DNA from: Adineta vaga
Taxonomy: Eukaryota > Animalia > Rotifera
Direction of reading: 5' to 3'
NCBI GenBank assembly: GCA_021613535.1
Contig: CP075492.1
Location: 1,798,001 to 1,862,000 of the forward strand
Length of the DNA stretch: 64,000 nt
Below are positions 1 through 13,571 of this stretch, piece after piece. Each line of letters starts with the position of its first letter. Positions within the stretch are counted from its first letter, which is position 1. The notes beneath the pieces are model-generated. The model was not told where the DNA came from. It saw nothing but the letters and a program-made list of their open reading frames with translations, and did no database searches. A program made the position numbers and the translations under genes.

Positions 1-113
1 TTTCGATTAACTCCTATAAGTGAATATAATACATCCATATTATCGAGTTTGTTAAAAATATTAAGTAATATTTCATCGCTAAGTGTAAGAATATTTGCCG
101 TTGAATGTGTCAT
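1..113 (-). CDS. F-box protein, 5' end (continues off the window)
   Basis: Manual translation from ATG at 113: MTHSTANILTLSDEILLNIFNKLDNMDVLYSLIGVNRK, an F-box-like L-x-D-E-I-L-x-x-I-F-x-x-L pattern. Confidence 0.7.
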   Translation of the reverse strand, partial: MTHSTANILTLSDEILLNIFNKLDNMDVLYSLIGVNR

Positions 114-1020
114 GTGTATTTCTTAGATTGTGAGTATAACTCGTCTTCTTTCTCTCTTTATATATCCGTTATACAGATAAGCGAATTTTCTCGTCGCGTC
201 TGGCCCAAAACAGACAGAAAAAATAAAACCGAATAACCAATGAAATTGCGTAAATCATATTGATTATTTCACTTTTTCTATATGGATTGGGCGTCTGACG
301 TGTTTTACAATGTGCAGTATTTTCTCTCCCGTCTGAATTCCAAGGTGACCATGTATATAGTCAAATTTGTTCGAATGTGAGCTCGGACACATCGGTAAGA
401 ATTAGTATATCATGAATAATGTACATATGAATTATATTGTATTAACATAATACATTAAAGATTTATTATTTTGACAAAGTTACATAGAAAAACAATGACT
501 TTAATCAAATTATTTCATTTACATTTTATTTTCTCTGATTTTATTCAAAAAATTTCATCAAATAGAACAAACTCGAACTAACATAGAATTTGCTCTTGAT
601 ACAAGTAACAAAAGTACGTTTTACTAAAATTAATGATTGAATTCCTATTGTAGAATAATTTAAAAATGCAATAGAATTGGTAACCGAAATATATGTACAA
701 AACCTTTGATTGACCTTGATCAATATGAGATATTTGCAAGCAGTATAGTGAATATGTTCAAGAAGGACAAAAAAATGTTGTTGTAGTATAAGAGAAAATT
801 TCTGTTTCGATTTTATTTACATAATCAATCCAATAAATTAGATTATATGGAGTAAGTTGTTTAATATATCGTGAAATGAGGTTAAGTGTTGATTTGTTTA
901 TTTAATAATTTTTATAAAAATATTGACATTTATCAAATTGTGATAAGCGCGATAAAAATCATTTGATAACTGAATTAATGGACATAGATCTCAGACAAAC
1001 AGAAAAGATAAAACTATAGT

Positions 1021-1101
1021 TGTGTGTGTGGATGGGTGTGGGTTAAAAGTATAGTCTGACCCACGCCCCACACCCACCCACACCCATACCCACACCCACA
1101 C
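1021..1101. repeat. Telomere-like hairpin element
   Basis: GATGGGTGTGGG ... (CCCACA)n. Confidence 0.8.
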
Positions 1102-1865
1102 TGCTGATTACCAAGTTTACAGCAGCATTGTCCTCATTTTTGTGTTTCAAGTTTTGTTTCATCATTTTCCAGTGAATCTATGATTTTGTTTGAGTTGTAC
1201 ACGTTGAACATTCGATATCTAGAAACTAAATCGAACTTTATTCGAATCCGTATAAACATAATTTCCCTTTCTGAATAAGATATGAAGTATCTCATTTATT
1301 TGATACGATACTCTTTATATATATTAAGGGAAAAGTGAGGAGTATAGATGATGATTAGTCAAGTATGCAAGAAACATGTTTCTTTTCTTCTAAAAGGAAT
1401 GTAATTGTGTCAGACGGTTCACAATTCTGTCAATATAGATAAAAATCGACAAAAAAGATTAGAAATATGAATCACATTCAAATTGATAGATCATTATCGA
1501 AAATTTTTATTCACAATCTCAAAAGCAAAAAATTGAGAAAAAAAGTATATAGTATTAAAGTCAATATTATAATGACGTGTTTAAAAAAAATGAATATTTA
1601 TTCAAAATATTTCTATTAGTATGAACATAAATACCTTAAAATCATGATATTCTAAATCAATTATCATTCTCTGTAATATGATATTAGATTTCTGTTTTTA
1701 TTTTTATTAAATTCAATGAAAAAAGACATGTTCTATTTCTATAATCATGAATATATAGAATTAACAACAACTCTTTACTAATTTTATCAAATGAGATCGA
1801 GAAAATTCCAATAAAGATTTCAAAATAAAAACGATCGTAAATTTAATATTTCTCAGCTAACACAT

Positions 1866-4800
1866 ATGAAATTATCTAATTATAATTTGTTTCTATGGTT
1901 GATCATTCTGTTCATCAATGATGGATTTTCAAGTAATTATTCAAATATTTTTTCTGTTATTTAGATGAGATTTCAAATTTAATACTTCAGTTTTATAGTA
2001 AATTTTAAAAAAAAGTAGTTTCAATCTGTAAGTATAAGAGATCTTATCCAAATATAGAATCCATAGAGAGAAACTTTTTCATTTCTGTTATACTCTCTAC
2101 TATCCGTTTTAAGATTTTAGCATAAATCATCGAGTACAAAAACTTGAAGTTCTTAATGATCCAAGTGGATTTAATCAACCAAAATTATCTTCAAATGTAA
2201 CATGGAGTGAATGTGCCGTCACTTTTGCTGATAATACTAGTTTTACTTCATTACTTCGTAACTTTTTTATCGATTCAAACGATACTATTTATCTATCTGA
2301 TTATTCTAATAACCAAATTCTCATATGGACGAATAAAAGTATTAATCCACAACGACGATTAAATGCTTCAGTATACCAATATACAAGTTTATTTGTAACA
2401 TTAAATGGTGATATTTATTTTGCGATAGCAAACCGAGGTATTCGAATCGAGAAGTTTACATTAAACTCAAAAAATAGTCAATTCGTCGTCGAATTTCCTG
2501 TAGCTTGTCGTGGTCTCTTCGTTGACATTCGAAATACTCTTTATTGTTCCATTCGATTTCAGCATCGAATAGTGAAGGTATCAATGGACGGTAATAATCG
2601 CTCAATCATAGCAATAGCAGGAACAGGTTTGAATGGATCAAACTTAAATCAACTTAATAAACCTTGGGGAATATTTATTGATATTTATTTTAATTTATAT
2701 GTAGCTGATTGTAACAATAATAGAATTCAATTATTTCGACAAGGAGAGTTCAATGGAAAAACAGTAGCTGGAAATAATATTCCAAATGGATTAACATTAA
2801 AATATCCAATGGATATTATACTTGATGGAAATGGTTTCTTATACATTGCAGATAATAATAATTATCGTATTATTCAAGTTAGAAATGATCAATTTCAATG
2901 TATTACTGGTTGCATGAAAATATTAGGATCAGCATCGAATCAATTTGGTCATGGATTTGCTCTTCGTTTTGATAGTTTTGGAAATTTGTATGTTGCTGAT
3001 GAAAGTAATAATCGTATTCAAAAATTTCATTTAGAAATGAACAAATGTAGTAAGTGTCACTAATAGATAAAATGAAAAAAATATATTTTATTTTTAAGAT
3101 TGTAATCCACCTGTTATTAAACTTGTTCCATCTGGAATATTATTAAAATTTCGTTATAATCAATATTTTCATATTAGTTCAAAAATAGAAATTCATTGTA
3201 ATAAATCTGAACCATTTTTAATACAATGGTCAATTAATCCTTGTTTACCATCATCATCATGTTCAAAAATTGATTTATCAACAAATAATCTTTATATTCC
3301 ATCAGAAAGTCTTTCATATGGAATCTATCGAATAGAATTAACTGTAACAATGATTAATTATTTTTCAATAAAATCTTCATCATTTGTTTTTATTGAAATC
3401 ATTTCATCAAATATAATTACAAATCTTATTTCATATAATAAACAAATAATTCAACATAATTATGATGATAATCTTCTTCTTAATCCCGGTCAATATTCTT
3501 ATGATCAAAATTCAATTCAATTTAATCAATATGTAAATTTTCATTGATTATAATTTTCTCGTATTTTCTTTTTTCCTATTGTTTAGGATTGGTATTATAA
3601 ATATTATTGTCGAATTTATTCAACAAATCTTGAAGAATTTCAAATATTCGAAGATTTAAATAAAAGTTATTTCTTCAATGGATGGATATATAATAATATA
3701 AATCGATCATCTGTTATAATCTTTAATAAAACATTACAATTAAATGAAACTTATCAATTTATGATTGAAATGATTCATCATAAGAATTCATCTCTTCAAT
3801 CTTTTGCTTATTTAATTGTTCAAATTGAAAATATTCAATCACCAATGATCATTATCAAGTATTTTCGATATTTTTCTCTTCATTTTTCTTCTTTAAATAT
3901 AAATATTTAGTTGTATTATTGTGACAATGTGTTTTCCAAAAGAAGATTTATTCTATGTCAATCGACATACATATTTATCACTTTCATCAATATGTTCGAG
4001 AAATTGTTCACAAAAATTAAGAAATATTATCTGGAATATTTATCAAGGAAAAAGAATTTTCTCAAATAAAACAATTCAATGGAATTCAATAACATTATCT
4101 TCTTCAATCTTTGGTAAATAAACATCTTGAGGGTGTAGATTTATGATGTTAACCTTTTTAACTCATACCTACGCCGTCTCTGTAATACACATAACTTTCG
4201 GACATTTATTTAGGTTTAAATACGAAAAATTTACTTGTAATGAAAATTGTTTTTATAACATATTCGACAATTAAATATTGGCGTTTTCAAGTTATTTATG
4301 AATTTGAATCTGAAACAAGTAAAAGTATATTTGATATTGAATTAAATGATCAACCAGAAAATGGTTTTTGTTCAATTAATCCATTAAATGGAACAATGTT
4401 AACTTTATTTACAATTAATTGTACAAATTGGTTTGATAAAGATGGAATAAAAGATTATTCAATTTATGGTTATATACTTATTCTTTCATTTCTAATAAGA
4501 GAAATTCTTTTCATTTTATTTTAGGTTGGATAATAAATCCCAAAAAACGACTATTATTATCTTCAACAACAAATTCATTAATTTCTCTTCGATTACCTAT
4601 AAATATTCATTTAATTATTGAAATTCGTGATACATTTCATTGTCTTACTGAATATAACTTTTCATCAATAATAATCGATTCAAATTCTTCATTAATTTCC
4701 AAATTAATTGACATTTTACAAGAAGAATTATCAAATAATGATCAATACCGAATTGGACAAATTATTTTCTCAATATCTGAATTCTTCAATGAAATAACTC

Positions 4801-6266
4801 GTAATACAATGTTAAATAATCTTAAAAACTCCGTTACCTCATTTCATAATAATTACTCGAATAAAAATCGATCTGATAATAATTTGAATTTAACAACAAT
4901 AAATAAAAATGCAAATATTCGTGAAGAATTAATGATAATTCTCATTCAATCATCAATTCTTTCAATTTTAACTGAAACAACAAATGAATTAACACGACAA
5001 ACTTTTGTAAATATGAACATTATTTTCTTCTTTATTTTGATTTCAATTCTATTTTTAAGATCATTGGATTAAAGAAATCTTCTCAATTAACTTCTTTTAT
5101 TAAATTCAATTTAAATCAATTGTCATATGAAGATATTTATTTACTTACAACATTTATTATCGAATGTATTACAAATATTCATACTGTTAAGATCTTATTT
5201 AGAATATTAATATAATCTGATTGTAGAATGTTTTCTATAGAGTATAAATGGACCATTACAAGAACGTATGCAAATACTTCAATCAGATTATTCTTCAAAT
5301 TTATTCAATCAAAAACAAATTGTATATAAAAAAAAGATGTTCAATCTATTTTCTTCTATAAAACAAATTTCATTTATAGGTAAATACAATGACAGATGAA
5401 ATGAATGATGTAATTTCATCGTTAACATCAAGTTTAAATATTCATTTACATATTAATCAATGTTTGAGTATCAATACATCAGCAGTATTGTTTCTATTAG
5501 AAAAATTTTCATTAAACTCAACGATTCTTATTCGAATAATGATGAATTTTAAAAAAATAATTTCTTTCTTTTTTCTTATAGAAAATAATGCAACCCTTAT
5601 CTTCATATGGAAATTCATCGGAATCTTTTCATACAAATTTATCTCGATTATTTTCTTTATCAATTCTTGATGAAAATCAAATTGATCTTCAAATAAATCC
5701 AATTGAATTTTTTATTCCTCGAGATCCAAATCTAAATATTCCCGAAATGTTCTTACAAAATCTAACAAATCTTAATAAAAAACATCTTCAATTTCATTTT
5801 TATTTATTTAATTTAACAAAAAATTATTCAATTCATTTTGAAATTCATCCATTACAAATCAATATATCTTATTTATTAATTTATGAATTTGATCATAAAC
5901 CACAAATAAATTTAATTGAAAATTGGATTTTCTTATGTCCTTTTAATTTAACAAATGATCAAATATATATATGTTCATTTTCTTAATAATCAACAAACAT
6001 TAAATCATCATTCAATTATTTATGGAATTCGTGAATTAACATTCAATGAAATGAATCAATATTGTTCAAATGAAAATTTTTATTTAAATCCATCAATAAT
6101 AAATCAACCAAGAAAATTTTTATCACATTATCAAATTCGACTTTATCAATCAGCTTGTTTTGATCTTGATTCAAATAATAATTGGCAATCAGATGGAGTA
6201 CTTGTTGGACCATTAACTAATCACTATCGAACACAATGTTTTTTAACACATTTAAAATCATCTTGA
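1866..6266 (+). CDS. Multi-exon secreted NHL-repeat + REJ/GAIN (polycystin-1-like ectodomain) protein; possible pseudogene
   Basis: Signal-like MKLSNYNLFLWLIILFINDGFS at 1866. NHL repeats (LYVADCNNNRIQ) at about 2160-3049. REJ-like exons (PENGFCSINPLNG, NCTNWFDKDGIKDY). GPS-like motif C..DSNNNWQSDG..VGPLTN..TQCFLTHL at the 3' end. Short GT-AG introns. Apparent 2-nt frameshift in the (AT)n run near 5960-5970. Confidence 0.65.
4127..4180. repeat. Telomere-like hairpin element (intronic, degenerate right arm)
   Basis: TTGAGGGTGTAG ... CATACCTACGCC. Confidence 0.5.
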
Positions 6267-6871
6267 TCTTAACAATCAGAATTATAGTTCTCATATAAAA
6301 GTCAACATATCAAAATAAGCAACAAATTCAGTTATTGCTTTGAATTTCATGTTTTATCGAATAAAATCCATGATTATTCTATTAAGTATTGAAATAAATA
6401 AATGATATTGAGGGCAGTGACGTAACCAGGATTTTCAGACAAATGGGCAAAAGGTTTTTACGTGACAAAAAACTGCAAAATAAGGAAAACAAATAATATA
6501 TTACTAAATATGCTTTAGGCGAACATTTTTGCTCCACCGAAATCTCAGCGCTATTATCCATCTAGCAAGTAAGTACGAATGATAATTTCTTTCATCTCGG
6601 TAGTACATCGCTTCTAATAATGAAACTGTACACTCTTTATCAAAGTCGATTTAAATTAACACCTTGTTTGTTATCTATAGTAAGAGCATCATTTTTTCAA
6701 GAAGACTATATTGGCTTTGGCTAATCAGTCACAGAAAAATATCGACTATAGATTTATCACATTATTGTTGGTTACAATGTGAAAAATGGACATGTATTTC
6801 TCGAAAGAGTCTATTTCTCGCTTGAATCTATAGTTAAACGTCATTCGATCTTTCGAACAGCATTATGTACT

Positions 6872-6926
6872 TTGAGGATGTGAGTGTGTGTCGAAGCCGA
6901 ATATAGAGGGAGACACTCATTACACT
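6872..6926. repeat. Telomere-like hairpin element (degenerate)
   Basis: TTGAGGATGTGAGTGTG ... ACACTCATTACAC. Confidence 0.55.
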
Positions 6927-7215
6927 AACAGTCGTATGGACACAAATGATTATCGAAAATTTTTATAGATGTTTCTGTAAATATTTTTCGTAAATTATAT
7001 AAATAATTTAAATAGAATCGCTTCGGCTTCGGCCAATTATAATGACCCACGTTGTAGGTGTTCAAATTGTGTCATGACAACTGATTCAACAATTTACGAT
7101 TACGACATTATCACGAAAAGGAACAATAAAAAGTAAACGATAAAATTCTTTTTTTCATTTTTTCCAAGAACAAAATTTCTTTTGTTTTTTAGTTTGCTGT
7201 ATTTATTAACGCGAA

Positions 7216-8667
7216 ATGGCGGCAGTGGTAAAGATCTCTGGTAATAAATATATAACTAAATAACGATTTAATCTATTTAGAAAGAGAAACCGAAATTAAG
7301 CTTCATTGAAAATTTTGCACTCAGTGGTGTAGCTGCTATTGTTTCAAAAACAGCTGCAGCTCCTATTGAACGTGTCAAATTACTCAGACAAACTGAACCG
7401 GAATTATTAAAACAACGTATTATCGATCGACCATACACCAGTGTTATTGATTGTACAGTACGAACGTTTAAAAATGAAGGTTTATTATCATTCTGGCGAG
7501 GAAATTTAGCAAATTGTATTCGATACTTTCCCACCCAAGTATGTTATGAAGAAGAAAAGTTTTTTAGTGAAATAAACAAGTAACGCTCGTCGAGCCGACT
7601 CACTCAATCCTCGACTGTGGAGGACGAATATTTTCAGTTTGACTCAATAGTGAGATGAATTGATCTGGAAACTTAAGATACGAGAAAACGGCTTTCATGT
7701 CATTGTTGAAATATGTAGCCACATTCGAAAACAGAATGTTAACTTTGTTTTCGTAAAATAAATTTCACCCAAAACCCAGGTCTATACCCCCACCCACAGT
7801 TTCACCCAACACCCATCTCTATACCTCCACCAATGATTTCACCGAATACCTAACTCTATACCCACCCACGATATCAGGCGTCCCATCACTGATTTTTTTT
7901 TGTTGACCCTTGACCTTGACACAAACCCACAGACAAACAAACTTTTTTTTCTTCATATGACCCTCCTTACAGTCGAGGGAATATATTGTTTTTTCTTTTA
8001 GGCTTTGAATTTTGCCTTCAAAGACAAAATTAAAGCAATGTTTAAAAAAAATAAAAACGATACGTATATAGTCGAACTCTCGAAAAATATTGCCAGTGGT
8101 GGTGTAGCCGGTGCATTGTCATTATGTTTTGTTTATTCACTTGATTATGCTCGTACACGTTTAGCTAATGATCTTAAAAATACGAAAAAAAGTGGTAGTG
8201 AACGTCAATACAAAGGTCTGATTGATGTTTATAAAAAAACTTTCGCTACCGATGGTATTGCTGGTCTTTATCGTGGTTTCGTTATTTCATGTGTTGGTAT
8301 TGTTATTTATCGTGGTTGTTATTTCGGTTTTTATGATACATTGAAAGAACCTTTACTTGGTCAAAATCCTGATCTTTTTCTTTTATTTTTACTTGGTTAT
8401 GGTGTTACAGTTACATCCGGTCTCATTTCATATCCAATCGATACTATTCGACGACGTATGATGATGACATCAGGTCAAGCTGTTAAATATAAAGGATCAA
8501 TAGATTGTATGTTACATGTCATCCGTAATGATGGTGTTATTTCATTATTTAAAGGAGCTGGTGCCAATATTCTCAGAGGTATTGCTGGTGCTGGTGTTTT
8601 AGCCGGTTTTGACAAACTTGTACAAGTTTATACCGGTATCAAAGTTGATACTAGCGGTAGTGGTTAA
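7216..8667 (+). CDS. ANT: Mitochondrial ADP/ATP translocase (exons about 7216-7227, 7281-7538, 8002-8667)
   Basis: [30 protein letters not shown]|ALNFAFKD and the RRRMMM signature; splice sites are in frame. Confidence 0.95.
7608..7980. repeat. Inverted-repeat-bounded insertion in ANT intron 2 with internal CCCACAC/CACCC repeats
   Basis: CCTCGACTGT.GGAGG near 7609 pairs imperfectly with CCTCCTTACAGTCGAGG near 7962-7978; degenerate C-rich repeats at 7783-7870. Confidence 0.45.
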
Positions 8668-8874
8668 TAACAAAAAACAATAGGACAATATCCTTTTCTA
8701 GTTACCTTTTCTTTGTCCACTTACACCCTTCTTATATTTTTTGAGCATTTCAAAAACCCATAATTTGTACTAACATTTAAAAAGGAAATTTAAATAAAAT
8801 GGAAACAAAATGGAATGAAAACTTACCTGAAGTCCCCATCCACACCCTTCGCCCATGGTATTCAGTATCATGCT

Positions 8875-9235
8875 ATGCTTGTGTTCATTTTTGACCACGT
8901 TTAGATAGTGATACTACTTATCTAACCATTGTATATAGACAAGGAGGATGTAATGCACATGTAAGTAATGATCAGAGATCGACTGATATCTTTATTAACA
9001 TTACTATTGAATAGGATAGTTATTGGCCTCAATATCCATTAAAGATGACATTACAGAAAGAAGCAAACTGTTTTACTAATGGTGTTATTCAACATGAATT
9101 ATTGCATGTTTTGAGTAAATAGAATATTTTAATCGATTGAACTTTTCTTTCTTTCTTTTAATAGGCTTTAAATCATGAAAATCAACGACCTGATTGTGAC
9201 AATTATGTTTAAATCAACTATGCAAATATCGATTA
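8875..9235 (+). pseudogene. Astacin (M12A) metalloprotease fragment
   Basis: CFTNGVIQHELLHVL at about 9068-9113, then after an intron HENQRPDCDNYV*INYANI. This matches the astacin HExxHxxGxxHExxRxDRDxYV motif but has a stop and no N- or C-terminus. Confidence 0.75.
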
Positions 9236-9310
9236 TCAATGGCTAATATAGACAATAATCGAGATACAGTTTGTTTTCTTGATTTAAACAATATGAGTAT
9301 ATTGCCTATC

Positions 9311-9366
9311 TTGAGGGTGGGTGTGGGTGAAAAAGTAACAACCATACACTTACCCTCACACCCTCA
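9311..9366. repeat. Telomere-like hairpin element
   Basis: TTGAGGGTGGGTGTGGGTG ... ACCCTCACACCCTCA. Confidence 0.85.
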
Positions 9367-9379
9367 CGCTTTTAATTAT

Positions 9380-9801
9380 AATACAGTTTTATCCGATGAA
9401 AAAGAATTTATATTTAATGGTTGTATTCTTTATCAATTTATTTCTCCATTTTGGATCAATCGACGACTCATCGTAGAAATTGAATGGATTACAGATGTAG
9501 CAACTATTTATTCTTTTTTGGAAATTACTCAACCTATTTTTATTAGAATTCTTCATGAAATTTTTCATCTTTTACCTAATCTTTATTTGTTAAAAATGTT
9601 ATCGATATTCAATTATTCTTTCAAGTTATTTTGATGAAAATTAATAATGAAAAAGATTGCAATATTCGTTTATTAGCCATAACTATTCCAACAGTTGATG
9701 ATCAAATGTTAAATGAAATACAAGATTTAATTCAAATCAGAAATCTTGTTTTTAATTATAAGATTAAACGCACAAATGATACGATTTTCTTGCAAATGTA
9801 A
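9380..9801 (+). pseudogene. C-terminal fragment of an F-box/LRR-like protein
   Basis: Frameshifted fragment (IFHLLPNLYLLK...IRLLAITIPTVDDQML...NYKIKRTNDTIFLQM*) with no 5' part. The family assignment is from recall of similar rotifer proteins. Confidence 0.45.
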
Positions 9802-9841
9802 TCATTCTCTTCTAAATAAAATAAAGTCGGACGATAATTAG

Positions 9842-9896
9842 TCGAGGGTATGGGTGTAGATAATTAATCAATACGCCCATCCACACCCACCCTTCA
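9842..9896. repeat. Telomere-like hairpin element
   Basis: TCGAGGGTATGGGTGT ... CCCATCCACACCCACCCTTCA. Confidence 0.8.
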
Positions 9897-10056
9897 TTCT
9901 TACTGTAATATAATGTATTCTGTCGATGTTAACAAAGTAAGTAAATAGTATTTTAAATCAATTAAATCTGCTTTAAAAATAGACTTGTGTATGTTTATTG
10001 TTCAGGTTCATTATGAACAAATAGTTGAAACTATTGATGATATGAAAAGTAAAATA

Positions 10057-13000
10057 TTAGTTTTTGCAAATGTTTAAATAAACGAGTAATTCATCAGATT
10101 TGCCGTTTGTAACAATCAAATCGAGTTTTTTGTCATTATTGAGATCGACGGCCGTAAGAGAATCAGGTAAATTGCCAGTTGAATAACGCAATTCAATTGG
10201 AAAGGTTCCATCTCCTTGACCCATTAGTACAAATAAAGTACGTTCACTTTGGCTGATCATTGCCAGATCCAGCATGTTATCATTATTGAAATCGCCAGTT
10301 ACCGGAGAATACAATTGTTTACACACGGTAGTATTTAATAAATGTCGAAATGTTCCGTTTCCATTTCCAAGCAATATGCTAATTGAAGCATCCCCAAACC
10401 TAGTCACTATTAGATCGAGTATTTTGTCATTGTTGAAATCACCAGATTTTATAGATATTGGAACTTTTCCAAGTTCGTAACTCAAAAGAACTTGAAAGGT
10501 TCCATTACCATTGCCAAGTAATATCATAATTGTATGACTGTAACGATGGACAATTGCTAGATCTTGCTTCTTATCCTCATTGAAGTCACCTGAAGTTAGA
10601 GAGACTGGACCAGCGTGAATGCCACGGTTTATGGATGTCTGAAAGCTCCCATTTGCATTACCAAGTAGTATACTGATAGTGCTGTCGAGCATGTTGGTTA
10701 CAACTAGATCCAGTATTTGATCATTATTGAAATCATTTGATTCGATGAAAGCTGGTTTTCTACCAACTGCATATTTGACTGGATGTTGAAACATTCTATT
10801 TCCATTGCCTAATAGTACACTGACAGCATTATCATTTTCAAGGACCACTGCTAAATCCAAGTTACTATCATTATTGAAATCACCTGAAATTATCGACAAT
10901 GGTTCTTCACCAACCGGATAAATCATCGGAATATGAAATATTCCATCTTCATTGCCAAAAAGTACAGTAATAGTGATCATATAGTTGTTGATTACAGCCA
11001 GATCTAGTTTCTTATCATTATTGAAATCACTTGATGTGATAAAACGTGGACGGTCACCAACAATATAATACATTGGAATTTGAAAAATACTATCTCTACT
11101 ACCAAAGAGCACACTAATGGTATCATTATATTGATGAACTACTGCCAGATCCTGTATGTTATCATTATTGAAATCACCGGATATTAGACTGTCTGGAAAC
11201 TCACCAACTTTATAATTTAATACTACCGAAAACATTCCTTCACCATCACCAAGTAATACACTGATGCTGTCGTTGTATCCATTAAGTATTGCCAGATCTA
11301 GTTTTTTGTCATTATTGAAATCATTTGAAACTATTGATAGTGGTTCATTACCAACTGAGAAGGAGATTGCAGTTTGAAAGTGTCCATTTCCATAACCTAG
11401 TAGCACAGTAATTATATTTTCAAAAAGATAAACCACTACGATATCCACGTTTTTATCATTATCAAAATCGCCTGATAGCATATATCTTGGATACATACTA
11501 ACTGTGTGATTCAATACAGTTGAAAAAGATCCATTACCACTGCCCAGCAATAAGGTGACTGTATTTTCATTACTATTAGCCACTGCCAGATCCAACTTTT
11601 TATCATTATTAAAATCATCCGATAAAATGAAATAAGGCTCTTGACCGACTATATATTTCATTGAATTCTGAAAAGTTCCATTACCAACACCAAGTAATAC
11701 AATAACCGTATTATCATCAGAAGTGACTACTGCTAGATCTATTTTGTGATCGTAATTATAATCGCCTACTGTGATAGATTTTGGAGGTTCTTGAAAATTA
11801 TAATTGATTGGCTTCTGAAAAATTCCGTTACCATCACCGCGCAAAACACTAATGCTGCGATCGTAGAAATTGCCTACGACTAAATCAGACTTGTTATCAT
11901 TATTAAAATCAGCTGCTATCATAAAGACAGGATTATCGCGATTCATATAATGTCCCACTTGTAGAAGTGTTCCATCACCATTACCAGGAAATAATGTAAC
12001 TGTACCGTCAACAAAGTTTGCTACCGCAACATCTAATTCTGTGTCATTGGTAAAATAACCAACTGTTGTTGAGTATGGAGTATCACCGGTTTTATAAGTT
12101 TTGGGTTCTTGAAAGGAGTAATTGCATACAGGCGCTAGAAAAGCAATTATATGGATAGATTGAATATTTTGAGGATGGGTCAGAGGTTCTAATGAGCATT
12201 CATACTCTTTCTAATAACAAGAAAAAAAATATAGAACATGAGCCTGCGGATCGAGCTAAAAATCTTATTACATTCTCCACACTTGCTACGAATGTCAGCC
12301 TTCTGAAAGAGGAAGAAAGCTTTAAGATGAAGATAAGGAAAAATATACCTGTTGGATCATTATTAGATCTTGTTTTCAAAACAGAACCCAACACAATTCC
12401 TACCATCAGCAAAATCAATAAAATACTGATTGGAATAACAATTTTTTTCTTTTGATACCATTTATATCTTTGAAATATAATGGAATACTTTATAAGAAAA
12501 AAATCTAAAACTCAACTATAGGACTTACTGTGTTTTGGAATAAATGTATGCTCCTAAATATAAACTGATTTATAAGATATAGTGAGTATTAAAAATACCT
12601 TCATATGGTGGTTCTAATAAGAGTTTTTCAGGAATAACTTGTTTTAAATGAATGACATGAAGATCAGGTGCTGGACTAAATTGAGATTGAACTATCATAT
12701 GAGTGCCAGGTAAAAGAAGAATTTCATCTTCAGTCACAAAATGTGAATGATCACGTATTGTTCGACCATTGATTGCTTCTACTGAGAATAATGTTCGTTT
12801 ACCACTATTACCCAAAAACATGTTGTTCTCAAGTACAGTCATTTCAGTAGTGCATGATGAAAACGCCCACCATGTCAGTTGTCTACCAGGTGGAAAATCT
12901 GTACTAAGATTTTGAGTTACTCCTCGCCAAACAGTCGATGGCGGAGCACATGGTAATTTGACTAAACCAGTTAAAAGTAACTTCAAGTATTTGACATAAG

Positions 13001-13571
13001 GAATGAGATTAATACGATCACCATTTTTTAAATTAAAATTGAGTTGTGAATAAAGACTTCGATGTGGTTTATCCCATTCAATTGTGTATAAACGAATTGC
13101 AGCACTCTCATCAATTGTTAGGCCATTATGTGGTTTTTCAGGTGTTTCATCTATCGCTAGCTGAACATAAAACAACAGATTATGAAAGATGTGACACAAT
13201 GGAGCGCATGCTTTAGATAATGGCAAAAGAGGTTCATCGGCATATCCGACTAGTGGATTGAGATCCGCTGTAAAATGACCAGTAACATTAATAGTTGATG
13301 ATTGAACTAAATCATTAACAATTTCTACGATTCGTGGATTTTTCGTATATGTCATTGCAACAATATTTTGATGTTGATCCATTGTTTTTTCTTCATCAGA
13401 AATTATCAATGAATCATTTGGAATCATAGTATTCATGTTAATAACATCTTTTATCCGTTCAGTTTGAACTTGAATATCATTACCTGTTAATAATTGTCGA
13501 TTGTTCTTATCTTTATCATCTGATGTAATTACTTGTTTTAATTCAATTTGACTTTGATTACTATTGTCCAT
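10057..13571 (-). CDS. ADP-ribosyltransferase - transmembrane - FG-GAP repeat type II membrane protein (4 exons: about 13571-12599, 12553-12529, 12488-12349, 12135-10057)
   Basis: ART motifs VWRG, FSSCT and EDEILL in ORF 12570-13571. TM exon KWYQKKKIVIPISILLILLMVGIVLG. More than a dozen GDFNNDxxLDL FG-GAP repeats in ORF 10057-11958, whose frame extends upstream to an AG acceptor near 12136. Confidence 0.8.

Noticed and set aside
9239-9634. 131-aa ORF as a real gene
   Set aside because: Chimeric read-through across a hairpin between two pseudogene fragments.
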